Shown here: one piece after another, positions 1-13,423 of the stretch
Layout: each line of letters opens with the position of its first letter
Position numbering within the stretch: position 1 is the first letter of the stretch
NCBI GenBank assembly: GCA_951406725.2
Contig: OX597821.1
Coordinates: 31,248,001-31,312,000, forward strand
Direction: 5' to 3'
Source of the DNA: Octopus vulgaris
Taxonomy: Eukaryota
DNA length: 64,000 nt
Translations under genes and position numbers: made by a program
The notes under the pieces: generated by a model
Told to the model about the DNA's origin: nothing
The model's database searches: none
The model's input: the letters and a program-made list of their open reading frames with translations, nothing else

Positions 1-665
1 TCTTTAAGATAATCACTAAGGAATCAAGGTTTTTCTCAATAACACTTGATAGCTTTTCAACTGTCTCGGTTCGGTGTCTAGTGTGACAACTGATTGGATG
101 AGTGTTTGTTTCACCTCCAGAGTAGCAGTTTGTATTAGCTTATATTAACTCAGCTGAAGTATGCGCCTTTCTCTTACACCCATTACAAAGTCCGTGGGAT
201 CTTTGTGTTCCAAACAATTTCTGTGTTGAGACAATTAGTTATAATACAAATTACATCTACACTGAAACGAGAATTGAAGCGGATGAGTTGCTACTACTAA
301 CTTTCATTAAGTTTAAAGCAGTTAGGCGCTCTACCATATATACTAATTTATTAGTAACGTTTCTCATAAATTGTTACAATAATATATAATAATATATAAT
401 ATTGTTACAATAAAATATTTTACATTTTTCAATACACGTTAACATATGGTGATTCTTCTTTAAATATTCATTGTTTATTAAACATACCCACTTCGAAAAA
501 AAAAAGAAGAGATTCATTCCTTTCACCCAAGTTCTGACTTAATACTGATTTTGATGTTGGTGCTATAAATTCTACCTTTTAATTTTTTAACAAAATTTGG
601 AGTTAGCTTTTAATTTCAAACTGTTATCTAATATGCGACATTTTATAAACATGTGTATAAACAGA

Positions 666-783
<118 letters not shown>

Positions 784-1176
784 TTTGAAATGATGTACAG
801 ATATTGTATATTGAGAATTACAAGTTAGTCACAACCTAATACCAGAGAGCGTGCTAATTTTCGTTATAATACTTCTGCGTTGTAAGATAATGTACGAACT
901 TGCATTTTGTACGAAATAACTAAAGAGCTTCCATGAATTCTTTCGATGTTTACTCTATAACATAGTCCGGGATGTTTCTTTCTTTTTTCTTTTAGATTTT
1001 TGACGTTTTGGCCGTTTCTTCCGTCAGAGAAATTGAATGCTTTGTTATTTTTGATATCCATGCACACATACAAGCGCACACACACACAGAGTCACAGATA
1101 CAGACACACACAGCTATAAAAATCCGTACATGTGCAAATATATATATGTATATATGTATATATATATATATATATA

Positions 1177-1513
1177 GAGTTGAACGCAGATGTTATTAAA
1201 ATTCTTTTACTTTCGACATATGTTTCGAAAACAAAGGAATAAACGGTGTAGATTGCATTTTACGCCGTTTATTCCTTTGGAATAAAACCGATGTTGTTAT
1301 CGAAACATATGTCGAAAGTAAAATAATTTTAATAACATCTGCGTTCAACTCCATTTATTTACTTATACGACACAAATTACTGCACATTAACCCTGAGTTT
1401 CTACCTTTGAGTAGGTCCCTTCATACATGTTACTTGCGTGAATTTTGCTACCCCGGTAACTGTTTATTGAATTTTCCATGTTAACGGTAAAAAAAAGGAT
1501 AATTCATTCATCT
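1177..1513. mobile_element. Fold-back remnant of a Penelope-type pseudo-LTR; same family as 10111-10635
   Basis: gagttgaacgcagatgttattaaa...tttaataacatctgcgttcaactc inverted repeat (1177-1351). Both arms carry cGAAAcatatGTC, the 3' half of a hammerhead. The tail to ggataattcattcatct is shared with 10400-10635. Confidence 0.7.
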
Positions 1514-2802
1514 ATTTATATATATATATATATATACCCATGCAGCCAAATATCGGAGGGCTCATCTGATGAGCTCGAAAATATGGGATGATATTCTACA
1601 AACGGATTTTTCGATTCTCAAACACAAGAAAGCTAATTTCAATACCATGTGCCCTAATTAAAGACAAAATAAATTATCCAGTGGAAGCACTAAAACGATT
1701 ATGTCGCATCTGAACTGATTCTCGTATTTTACTGTTGTTCAAATATCAATAGATATTCAACAGGCATACCCCTGTTTATTAATGCACGTATGTACCTATG
1801 AGATGAACTTTATATGCTTTAGTTAGGATAGGAAACCATTCTCTTAATGTTGTTTTCACCTCTCTGGAGAATATAATGTTACAAGAATGAATGTAGATTC
1901 GTAATGTATCACGATATTACAGTACAAGCGGGCCGTATGATATCCTGGCTTTCTTATGGTTACTCACAGCTGAGGTGATGGAATTATTTGATAGAATGCA
2001 AACATCCACTCAGTATGAGAATTTCAGTTAATATTTATTCATTATTTATTCATTATGCAATTATTTTCACAATCCCGTTCAATGGACGTATTATAGAATA
2101 TTCTGCATATAAGGAAGTAAACATTTCAAATGATATATCAAATTTGAACTTGTATACATGTGAGAAATCAAAACAAAAATAAATGTATTCAAGACAATTG
2201 AATGTGTATTGGCCCACCCTGCTCCCTCAAAAGAGTTAAACCTGGTTATAGTGAGAGCGTAGCAAGTTATAATAACAGCATGCAAATCGTATCAAAAGAT
2301 GTAAAGTATGGTTATGTGTCAACAAATGCGCTGTAGAAAGCGTTATCACAAACACGCGATCATGCCATCAATGTTTCCATTATAGCAAAAGAAATATTTA
2401 GTTTATATCGATAACAAAAAAACATTGTGGGTTTATACATATACAAATGATTCCAATGATATATCATTAGAGGTGGCAACGTTATTAAATGATTGCTTGT
2501 GATATTATGATAGTATACAATGATTTTATACTACAACTATTTTATCTGTCTGGTCTGCTGCCAGTGGATGTGTCGAAATCTTTTGTATATAGTCTGAGTT
2601 TAGTTAAACTTACAGCATTAAAGCATCGCATTCCCACTTGTAACTACAGCACAATAAACCACAAATAAAACTTTTAGACCTGTATAATCTGACTACACAA
2701 ATCTAAAATGCATAATTATACTACTGATTAGAAAAATATTCAGTCTTTCAGTACACAACCTAATGCCAAAGAGGGAGCTATTGAGATGGAGTGAGTTTGT
2801 GA

Positions 2803-2915
2803 TACATATTGTTCGTTATATGACTGCTGCTTTATATGATCATGTACGGACCTACATATTGTTCGTTATATGACTGCTGTTTTATAAGATCATGAACAAA
2901 CCTACATATAGTTCG
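2803..2915. repeat. 50-bp tandem repeat, about 2.3 copies
   Basis: tacatat(t/a)gttcg recurs at 2803, 2853 and 2903. Confidence 0.9.
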
Positions 2916-3564
2916 AAGTAACTAGAGAGTTTCCATGAAATCGTTCAATGTTTACACTATAATATAGTGAGGGATGCTTTATATTTTAGCAAAATAGTCT
3001 TCGGAATATTTTGCTGAGATAACTTTCGCAAAGATTAAATATAATTTAATCGGTAGAGAATGTGGGTTTTATATATCTGAATATCAGTATTGAAGATCAA
3101 CGTGTATTAAATATGGAACAGGAGAATGCTTTCTGAAGGAGGCAAAGCGTCAAAGGTTGCTTAGCAGAGTGAAACTTTGCAGCGAGATCAGGGACAATGG
3201 GAAAAAGAAAATGGTATTATAATAACAGATATGAAATGGTCACACAGATTCATTCAGTGACATAAAGGAACCCGCAAAATATGCGATAGTGAGAATACAC
3301 GGAATTAAATGATAATTTTCATTTGCTGGAAAAAACGTTGCTCAGTCAGTTTTCATGGAGAATTACATTGATGCATGGATCTAGTGTTGAGAGTGTCAGT
3401 CAGATGTGATGATAAATATTGCATTATGAGAAAAAAAATTGCATACAATGAAAAACGACAATATGTAAAACAACGGAAGAAGATATTAAATGGGAGTATA
3501 CGATATTTATTCTGCGGCAAAAACACATGTATGCATAAAATAGATAAATACCCCATTCGGTCAT

Positions 3565-3872
3565 GAATGGCTGTATGATTGCACATATAAAGTTCCTTGA
3601 CGCGGCATTAGTCTGGGTAAGGTTGAATATAGAAGAGTAGCAATCACCCATGCATACCAGCCTCCATTCCATTCTCCACGCCAATGGAAAGTTGAAGGCT
3701 TATAAAGCTTTGCACTAGTGACGACGTGACTCATTCCTACAGCTGAGTGAACTGGAGTTATGTGAAGTAAAGTGCTTTGCTCAGGAACATAACACACAGC
3801 CTGATCCAGGAATCGAACTTACAACCACATGATTGCGAGCCTGTAACTACAGTTATTGAACCATGCACCTTC
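3565..3872 (-). mobile_element. tRNA-derived SINE, family B, diverged
   Basis: Reverse-complement B-box-like ggaatcgaac. The core agctgagtgaactggag...aagtgctttgctcaggaac is shared with 13424-13730 and 61377-61625. Confidence 0.75.
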
Positions 3873-4230
3873 AAATGAATATATATGTACAAAATAGTGA
3901 GAGCTTATGCACGCTATGTAACATTAATAATTTAAGCATATTTTTTTTACATAGGTTGGGGCTTTAGTGGAACAATGATCCTTGGTCAAATAATGGCAAT
4001 TTTCGTTAGAACATCATTGTCAAGAAAGAACATCATTGTCCAATTAAGTAGTTCGAAGATTATCACATGATCTAAATGATTTTCATTATGACACGGAATT
4101 ATTCTCAAACTGTAAGTGTTGCGGTTAGGCATTTTAAATTTATGCAACCTAAATGCTACCCATAGAATATATACGCCTTGCAAAAACATACAATATGTTC
4201 TAAATATGATCTTATGTATATATATATATA

Positions 4231-4639
4231 CTTTTATTCTTTTATTCTTTTATTCTTTTACTTGTTTCAGTCACGTGGCTGTGGCCATGCTGGAGCACCG
4301 CCTTTAGTCGATCAAATCGACCCCAGGATTTATTCTTTGTAAGCTTAGTACTTATTTTATCGATCTCTTTTTGCCGAACCGCTAAGTTACGGGGACGTAA
4401 ACACACCAGCATCGGTTGTCAAACGATGTTGAGGGGACAACACAGACACACAAACACGCACACACACACACATAGATACATATATATATATAGATATATA
4501 TACGACGGGCTTCTTTCAGTTCCGTCTACCAAATCCACTCACCAGGCTTTGGTCGGCCCGAGGCTATAGTAGAAGACACTTACCCAAGTTGCCACGCAGT
4601 GGGACTGAACCCGGAACCATGTGGTTCGTAAGCAAGCTA

Positions 4640-4713
<74 letters not shown>

Positions 4714-4733
4714 CACACACAGCCACTCGTACG

Positions 4734-4736
<3 letters not shown>
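4231..4736 (-). mobile_element. tRNA-derived SINE, family A (octopus OK-like), head interrupted by a (TA)n expansion
   Basis: Reverse complement of the copies at 29888 and 36890 (ggttccgggttcagtccc, ttgggcaagtgtcttctactatagcc, ggcggtgctccagcatggcc). Short-repeat tail at 4231-4260. Confidence 0.9.
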
Positions 4737-4798
<62 letters not shown>

Positions 4799-5758
4799 TA
4801 ATTGCATATATTATGATCATAAATTAAAGAAGATTAGTGGATTGAAAGAGAACAAAACGCACAATGCGGTTTATTACTCATAAATAGAATGCAATCAATA
4901 TTGATTCATGTAAAAATAAAGTTGTGAACATTAATGACATGTTATCACTTAAGTTTAACATAGCAGCTGTATAGGGAGTAAATAAATGTAAAGCTCGGAT
5001 ATAGAAGATACTGTGTCAACGACAGCAACTGAGAATTTATACGAATTCTGTGTGCATGCGTTATAAGTATGATTGCGTGATGTTCGACGTTTGAAACGAA
5101 TGTAATTACATATTTCTCCAATGTTTCAACACTGCAAGATACCTACGAATAAAAAAAAATGTATAATTATGTTAACTAGTTTTCGACATTTTTAATATCA
5201 TTTACGAACATATAATTTGAAATTCTAATTATTTAAATTTGTGATATATTATAATAAAGAAGTGATTTTATGAAACACTAAACAGAATCAACAATATTTT
5301 CCATGAAAATTGATTTGCGTGTGTTGTAATTTTTTTCTTTTGTTTTGCAGTTTCTATTTTTATATTCTTTTAAACCTATAAGCAAGCCAAAACGGTGTTC
5401 CTTGTTCTGAAGGACAAATGGCTTCCCAGAGAGGTCACTTCTCAAGACAAATACTGCAGTATGGTGACCTCCTTATGCAGATCGCTGTTCAGTAGTAAAA
5501 CTTCTTCCGTCGGTAAGAAGTCAATTGTTCACGTCCCGCCAAATATTTGGGACACCAGTGATTTGTAAATCTGTTTATTTCTAACAGTAGATAAGACATT
5601 TTTCGAAGCATGCACTTGATGGTGGAAATTTGCTACCGCTGAAAGTAAATACGAAGAAATCTCAGTATATTTCAATTCTAACGCTGTTGCTTGATACTCT
5701 TTGTCCGCTACTGACCCCTCTGTATTTCTTGGCACTGTACATCCGTATGAGATGCCTC

Positions 5759-6098
<340 letters not shown>

Positions 6099-7157
6099 GT
6101 ATATGTGTGTGTGTGTGCGCGCGCATGTCCCCGTTTGCGTGTGTGTGTATGTGTGTTGTGTGTGTGTATGTGTCTGTATGTGTGTTGTGAGTGTGCTTCA
6201 ACTTAAGTGCTTGTGTTTTCAGCACTGACACTTAGGTCAGGTAAAAGCAAAAAATTCCTATATTTGGGGACGTACAGCAAATGCTTGTAATATTCCACGC
6301 TTCGCCAATAATACTCAATGTGCTGGACTACTACATAAATATGGAATGACGAATAATGCCTATTATCCTACTGTGGCATATTATCCCACTGTAGCATATC
6401 ACAATGTATTTAAATTTAGAGACTCAGTAATTTACAATAAGCGTTCCATTCGGCATCTAAGTGCATATACAGATTTTATGTAGCATCGAGTTTATACTTT
6501 TTACCTTTCGGAAGATCTTCCAGAAGTTTGTCCTAACTGCCCATGCTTGTTTTCTGACCGTTAACCCTCGTTTCATCGGTCCCGAGTAATATAAAACTTC
6601 CCTCTTTACATAAGTCCTATGTTATTCAAGTTTTTTAAAAAAACATGGGGAATGTATATTATATATGGTGCATAGAGGCCGAGGAAATACTCAGTATGCT
6701 AAATGCGTAACAGGAGAAGACAAAATGCATCTCCAAAGCTGTGTAATAATGAAAACAATCGTAGTGTGTGGGTGACTATAGGGATGGGAAAACTTAAAAT
6801 ATTTAACACTTGGACATACCTTAATTATGTTGTTTACAAAGTCCACTAATATATTCAGCAGCTCGTTTATTTTAGCAAACTCTAATGCGTATAATAACAT
6901 CAAATTATATTTATAGATGTGGAAACAAATTCTTATTCACTATATTTGAAATGTCAAAGTAATGAAGTTTCGTATACTAATTGATAATTGATCTTAAGTG
7001 AATAAGAGGCATTGAGTTAAAGTTTCCTTTCTTTTTTAGCCATATCTTGTTTTCCAGCACAAATAATTCATTCCACGTTGAAGCTCTTTATGTATGCAGT
7101 GCATAGAAGAATATACACATACATACGTATATGCTGATGTTTATTATATATATGTTA

Positions 7158-7239
<82 letters not shown>

Positions 7240-8029
7240 TATATCACCATGTAGTTATGTATGTGTATATTCTTCTATTTATCTATAGGCAGACAAAAAC
7301 GCGCCAATATCTTATAGTATACGAGATAACGTTCAAAACATTTGTCCATATATGTTTTCCTATAACTTGTTTACAATCATTACTTCGAAAATACCGCATC
7401 AACACCGCCTAAAATATAAAATTAAATCAATAAAAGAATTGAAGGAAATTCCAGTAAATTGGGAAAGAGAACTTGACTTCTGTATTTTTATAACGATAAG
7501 TACAAATTTGCCAATTATTTTCTGTCAATTTACTCGGAATGTGTTACATATAGGTTTTCTCTTACATGTTTTCGTATATTACTTATATAGTACATTTTGG
7601 TACATACATACATCCAAACATCCAAACATACTGACAGGTAGACAAACAGACTGACTTGCATACAGATAGACAGGCAGACATATAATTAGATAAATACATA
7701 GATAGATAGATAACTACATATCTTCAAACAATCACATCCCTGAGGATGTCTGCACACATGCGTGTCCGTGTGTGTGTGTTTGTGAGTGCTTGTGTGTGTG
7801 TGTGTGTTTGTGAGTGCTTGTGTGTGTGTGTGTGCTTGTGTACGCGCGTTTGTGTGTATGTGTTTGTACGTGTGTCTGTGTGTGTGAGTGTGCGCGAGTG
7901 TATGGCAACAAGCACAACTACAACGGGCTGTTTACAGGACTGAAAATCATATAGAACCCCAGGAGCAATGCGGTGGCACTGATCAAGTCAGCAAACACGA
8001 AGAAACAATACTGTAACCTGATCAATCAG

Positions 8030-8310
8030 CAAAGACCTGGCCAACCAGATGTCTGCAAATAGTTAAACAGGCACTATACATGAGATTACCTCTGTTATGA
8101 GGTCACCATGCAACATCTGGCGAAAGCTTTGAAGATGCAAACAACTAGGTCTACATCGAATTCCTAAGTCCTAAATAAAATCTCGTTTAAATTATGCAAT
8201 GAGCTACTGAGGCTGTACAGCTTTTATTTCCAACGGGAGTGCACTTCAAGTCTACAAGGATATACTGATAGTCACCATTTATAAAAAATGAGAGATCAAG
8301 CGCAATGTTG
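8030..8310 (+). pseudogene. Highly degraded RTE-like LINE reverse transcriptase fragment
   Basis: caagtctacaaggatatactgatagtcaccatttataaaaaa translates to QVYKDILIVTIYKK, matching the PQ.FKDA.IV.IYK motif just upstream of the RT domain. Confidence 0.45.
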
Positions 8311-8847
8311 TTGTTCCTTGTTGTGAAGTACCCTGTAGTCATTTACGGTGTGGGTTGTTGGAACGATGTTTGAAAGGTGTGTCCCGATATCTCATGTTCG
8401 GATGTGGTGTTTTAGGGTACGGTGGTTGGTAATTATTGCATGTGGTACAGGTTTGTTGTGCATGGGAGTTTAGTAGATTGTTGGAACGAAAATTTCGTTG
8501 GTCACTCCTTACGGAGAGGAGGTTGCAATGTCTATCCTGCGGGTAGTGATTTTTCCTTTCTCTGCTTCAAGTTGGGGTACTCTCGATGTTGTGTCGCTGG
8601 TGGCTTACAAAGTTAGGGTTAGGTCCTGTATTCTTTTTTTTTTTTTTGCAGGGGCGATGGTTCCGTTTTTTACATAGGTGTGAATCAGTCTTTGGGTGTT
8701 GTTTTGATTTTCTTACTTTCAGGAAATGGTTCTTGGAAGCTTACTTTGTTTGAAAGATGGTTTCATAGTTTGATAACCAGTTCTTCCATTTAACATACTA
8801 CTACTATCATACCACTTACGCATTCTTTGCTTCTTGTTATTGTTATT

Positions 8848-9022
8848 ATTCTTCTTCTTCTTCTTCTTCTTCTTCTTCTTCTTCTTCTTCTTCTTCTTCT
8901 TCTTCTTCTTCTTCTTCTTCTTCTTCCTCTCCTTCATCTTCTTCTTCTTCTTCTTCTTCTCTGCCAAGAATTCACAGTGACCTCGAACCAGCAAGAGTAC
9001 ACAAGGGAGACAGAGACAGGCA
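8848..9022 (-). mobile_element. Short retroposed element: about 60 bp of unique sequence plus a (GAA)n tail, copy 1
   Basis: (CTT)n followed by ctgccaagaattcaca...gtacacaagggagacagagacaggc; closely similar to 12856-12915. Confidence 0.7.
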
Positions 9023-9210
9023 GAAACAAAGCAAATGCTCCTTGTGTTTGAATACTATGCGAATATTCTTTTTAAGAAACTTTTCATATGATTTTTCCCA
9101 AATTTAATTGTTTTCCATACTTATATTTGAAAACGTTTCAATGACTGAAACCTGTACTAAAACCTTTTTACTGTCAAAATTATTTTAGCATTTTCTACCT
9201 TCACTTTTTT

Positions 9211-9271
<61 letters not shown>

Positions 9272-9276
<5 letters not shown>

Positions 9277-9412
9277 TTGTATGCATAATTATAACAAGGG
9301 CTTGGCTTCCACCTCACCACGCACTGAAAAATAGATGTCAAAAGACACTATTGCCAACATAAATTCTCCCAGAGGCGCAAGCCATACCCTTATTATAATT
9401 ATGTATATAATT
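9272..9412. repeat. Small inverted-repeat element (MITE-like or PLE fold-back)
   Basis: aattgtatgcataattataacaaggg ... cccttattataattatgtatataatt imperfect inverted ends. Confidence 0.45.
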
Positions 9413-9492
9413 ATAAAATATTCATGTTAATTCACCTACGAGGTTTTATTTTCGCGCTCACCGCTTGGTAAAACTCATTTATGATTTTAACC

Positions 9493-9643
<151 letters not shown>

Positions 9644-10110
9644 TAAAGTGATCGGCGTCCATAAATGTATAAATGTTTGTGTTCCGTTGTGTATGTCATA
9701 TTTAGTTGTACATATGTTTTCAATAAAATATACACGAGTTAAATCATTTGTATGTAATTAACTTACCGTCTAAAAACAGGTGCTGTAATAAATTAAGTGT
9801 CTCTAATTCGCATACATTTTTCTAGATTTTCTCTTTTAGTTGAAAATACGTTTTGTTCTACATCTCCTTTTAAACACGACGTATTCACTAATTAAAAACT
9901 AACTTCAGCATATAAATTAATGTGTTTAAAAAGAAAACTATTGAAATAAGCACCGATGGTTTGTAAGTAACACACCGCAGAATATAGTCAACATACAAAT
10001 TAGAATAATTGTTTTCTTATTTATTATGTATTAGAATATCATTGGTGTATAAGATCTGGACTGTTGTATAGTATAAGTGTGTGCAAGAGCAAAAGCTACC
10101 ATATATATAT

Positions 10111-10635
10111 GTAAATAAATGGAGACGAACGCATGTTATTTAAATTTTTTACTTCCGACATATGTTTCGAAGACAACCTTGGTTTTATTCCAAAGGAATA
10201 AACGGTGTGAAATAATGTAATCTTCTCATCAGGAAAGAAATAGAACCCATCTCAGCAGCAAGACAATATAACACTTTTGATGGCTGCATAAATGATGAAC
10301 AGAAAGCTATTAAGTTTTTTAAAATAATCGTTAGTAGATCTGACGCAAAAAGGTAGACCATAGTAAGAGTAGGGTTAAAGAAATAATAAGTAGAGATTAT
10401 AATATTTTACACCTTTTTCTTCTGGAATAAAACCAATGTTGTCTTCGAAACATATGTGGAAAGTAAAACAATTTGAATAACATCTGCGTTCAACTTCATT
10501 TATTTATTTATAATATACAAACTACTGCAACATAATCTGGAGCTGCATCCTTGTTACTTGCGTTAATTTTGCTACCCTGTTAAATGTTTATTGAATTTTC
10601 CGTGTTAACTGTAAACAAAGGATAATTCATTCATC
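10111..10635. mobile_element. Fold-back Penelope-type pseudo-LTR with hammerhead ribozyme
   Basis: Inverted arms at about 10111-10220 and 10395-10508. Homologous to 1177-1513. Embedded between TA runs. Confidence 0.7.
10152..10237 (-). ncRNA. Type I hammerhead ribozyme
   Basis: Minus strand: ctttc-CTGATGA-gaaga...tcttc-GAAA-catatg-TC-ggaag. Stem I, stem II and a palindromic stem III are present; GUC cleavage triplet. Confidence 0.8.
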
Positions 10636-10658
10636 TCTCTCTCTCTCTCTCTCTCTCT

Positions 10659-10707
<49 letters not shown>

Positions 10708-10711
<4 letters not shown>

Positions 10712-10855
10712 AGAGTTTAGGAAGAACACTAAGACGAAGACAGGTGGTGTGCAAAACAAACAGATTTATTAGTATAACGCTCAGGAATAGAAAAAGACGT
10801 TTACGTTTCGAGCCTACCCTCTTCTACAGAAAGGGACACAAAAAACAAGGAGGGA
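10708..10855 (-). mobile_element. PLE-terminus-like repeat with a degenerate hammerhead
   Basis: Minus strand ...tgTAGAAGA-gggtaggctc-GAAA-cg-TA...; the CUGA core is mutated. Confidence 0.45.
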
Positions 10856-10890
10856 AATATGTGTGTGTGTTTGTGTGTGCGTATATATAT

Positions 10891-10988
<98 letters not shown>

Positions 10989-11809
10989 CATATAAATTGG
11001 ACGTGGGCGATCGTTGTATTCTTTCTTGTCTTGAGGTTTACAGCTACACGGCGTAAAAAAACGGCACACACGTGGAGATGGTGCATAGATTGGTTTGTAT
11101 TTTTTTCCTACTCCTCACTTTTCTAATGGAATTCCCGTGTTCCGCCATTAAAACAACCAGTAACTCCCATGGCCGGCATATGCCATTTCGCTAGCAACAA
11201 GGGGAGCACAGGATAACAATCAGCCAAAACTTTCGCAATGCTGTCTTTCTTCTTTCACCTTTTTTGGGGGTTAATAATCTTAATCTTTAGATACAGTTTC
11301 TCATTCAAACTACATAATATGCAGAATTGTCGGATTAAAACAGTAGGGAGAGTTGGCTGCTATTTCTACCATGTAGATGTCTGAACTAAATTTTAATTCA
11401 CATATTTGCATCTTAAAAATTTAACATTATCTTTTCCATAAATCAACTATCGTAAAAATTTTATACGATGATCAAACACATACGACGTATGCACCCCCTC
11501 CCACATGTCCATTTCATATATCTTCATCCAATTTCTGCTCTCTACACACATAAAAGCTGTCCGGATACAAATGCTTACAAAAATAGGGATTAATGTGTAA
11601 TTTCTTTCTATGTTCATAATTAAATCAATGTTTTAATGATTACACAGAGGTACAATACAATAGCTGTCCTAAACAGACTACTTAAAATTCGCAACTCCCG
11701 AAGCTGTTTTCTGACAGGGGAGCGTTCAGGAAATTTTCATACCGCTGGAGGCTCCGATCGAAATACGGGACCCGAAATGATAATGTCGAGAATCACTGTT
11801 ATGGATTAT

Positions 11810-12767
11810 GCCTAACCGAAAACAATCACAGCCACATCATCGAAACCGGGTGAAATCGAATCTTAGCTGATAGTTACTGTATTGAAAGTGTTTTGCGTAG
11901 GATGTGTGCAGAGCACAGTAGTGCACTTTTCTGTATGTTATATATATGTGTAAGTCCTAGTATTTTGTTATGTATTTGTCTGAATACTTTTTATCATACC
12001 TAACTGTGATAGAAATTGTTTCTGATTTTAGATTCCACATCCGAGTTACCTCTATTTTCAGGATTTTGTATCTTGAAATTTCCTCCATTTCTTTTAGAGG
12101 CGCATTGTGACCTACTGGTATTGATATATCAATTAGAAAGCGTTGTTTTCCTTCATGATCTCTGATAACTATATCTGGCCTATTGGTCTTAATTTCTCTA
12201 TCTCTGTGTATTGGCATATCCCAGAGTATGGCTGCTTTCTCGTTTTCTATGACCTTTTCTTGTGTGTGCCTATACCATCTTTTTTCTGTTGTTATTCCAT
12301 AGTGTTGGCATAGATTCCAGTGTATGTAGGTCCCAAACCTGTCATGTCTGTGAATATATTCCTTCTTAGCAAGGACTGGGCAGCCAGAGATAATATGATT
12401 TATTGTTTCTTGTCCATTTCCACATATTCTGCACTTACTTGTTATGTTTCTTTTCATTATATGTTTTTGGTAATTTCTGGTGGGGAGGTTTTGGTCTTGT
12501 GGTGCAATTAAAAATCCTTCTGTCTCTGCTTTGGGTCCTGAGCTTTCAACCATTGCTGGGCTTTTTCTCTGTCTATTTCTTTTGCATTTAGTTTAGTCCG
12601 GTATTTGCCATAAAGGGGCTTTTCTTGCCATCGTTTTATCATGGTCCGTGGCTGTTCTAGTTTTAATTTTGATTTCATTTGTTTTATAGCTTTTGTTTCT
12701 TCTTCTTCTTCTTCTTCTTCTTCTTCTTCTTCTTCTTCTTCTTCTTCTTCTTCTTCTTCTTCTTCTT

Positions 12768-12798
<31 letters not shown>

Positions 12799-13211
12799 TT
12801 CTTCTTCTATTCTTCTTCTTCTTCTTCTTCTTCTTCTTCTTCTTCTTCTTCTTCTCTGCCAAGAATTCACAACATCGAACCAACAAAAGTACACAAGAGA
12901 GACAGAGACAAGCCGCTATTTGTATCACTTTTCCTTGCCTCTGAAGTAGATATTTTTGCAGTCTTATAGTGGTTATTTTATAATAGGTCTCCAGCTGTAT
13001 AAGGCCTCTACCACTTTCTATATGTTGTATATATAGCCTTTCTATGTCAGATTTACGGTGGTGCATCCTAGATCCTATCATCAATTTTCTTATTTTCCAG
13101 TCTATTTTGTTAGTTCATTTAGTGTCCAGTTAAGGATATTGTAGCTGTAAATTATAACTGGGACAGCTAAAGTGTTTATACCTATTACATTGTTTCTAGC
13201 ATTGAGCTCTG
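11810..13211 (-). mobile_element. 5'-truncated R4/Dong-like (RLE-clade) non-LTR retrotransposon, frameshifted
   Basis: ORF 11957-12553 has ETEGFLIAPQDQ, the CCHC knuckle CRICGNGQETINHIISGC, RHD and the restriction-like endonuclease motif NRPDIVI..FLIDISIP. Upstream HRKSDIERLYI..GRGL matches the RT C-terminus. Confidence 0.88.
12697..12915 (-). mobile_element. Short (GAA)n-tailed retroposed element, copy 2, nested in the R4/Dong-like LINE
   Basis: Interrupts the LINE reading frame after ...KVIQIAA. Homologous to 8848-9022. Confidence 0.7.
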
Positions 13212-13347
13212 TTATTATTATTATTATTATGGTCTTCTAATTTTTCGTTGTAATTGGGAGACTTATATAAGCATGTAGCTACACGTGCCTATAGTTGTTA
13301 CACATCAGGACAACAAGATTATATCTATTGTATAATCTATTATATCT

Positions 13348-13405
<58 letters not shown>

Positions 13406-13423
13406 TGTATATATAATTAAGGG

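Noticed and set aside
1561-1592. catCTGATGAgctcGAAAatatgggatg, hammerhead-like
   Set aside because: Stem II is only 1 bp, and there is no proper stem III or UH triplet. At best a decayed relic.
8310-8846. GT-skewed block that looks like decayed minus-strand coding sequence
   Set aside because: No diagnostic motif recovered, so it could not be classified.
9120-9165. GAAAcctGTActaaaa hammerhead 3' half
   Set aside because: No CUGANGA core upstream; cannot be separated from chance.
11168-11205. ggccggcat start resembling the HDV genomic ribozyme
   Set aside because: Only 9 nt match; no P1 complement or nested pseudoknot follows.
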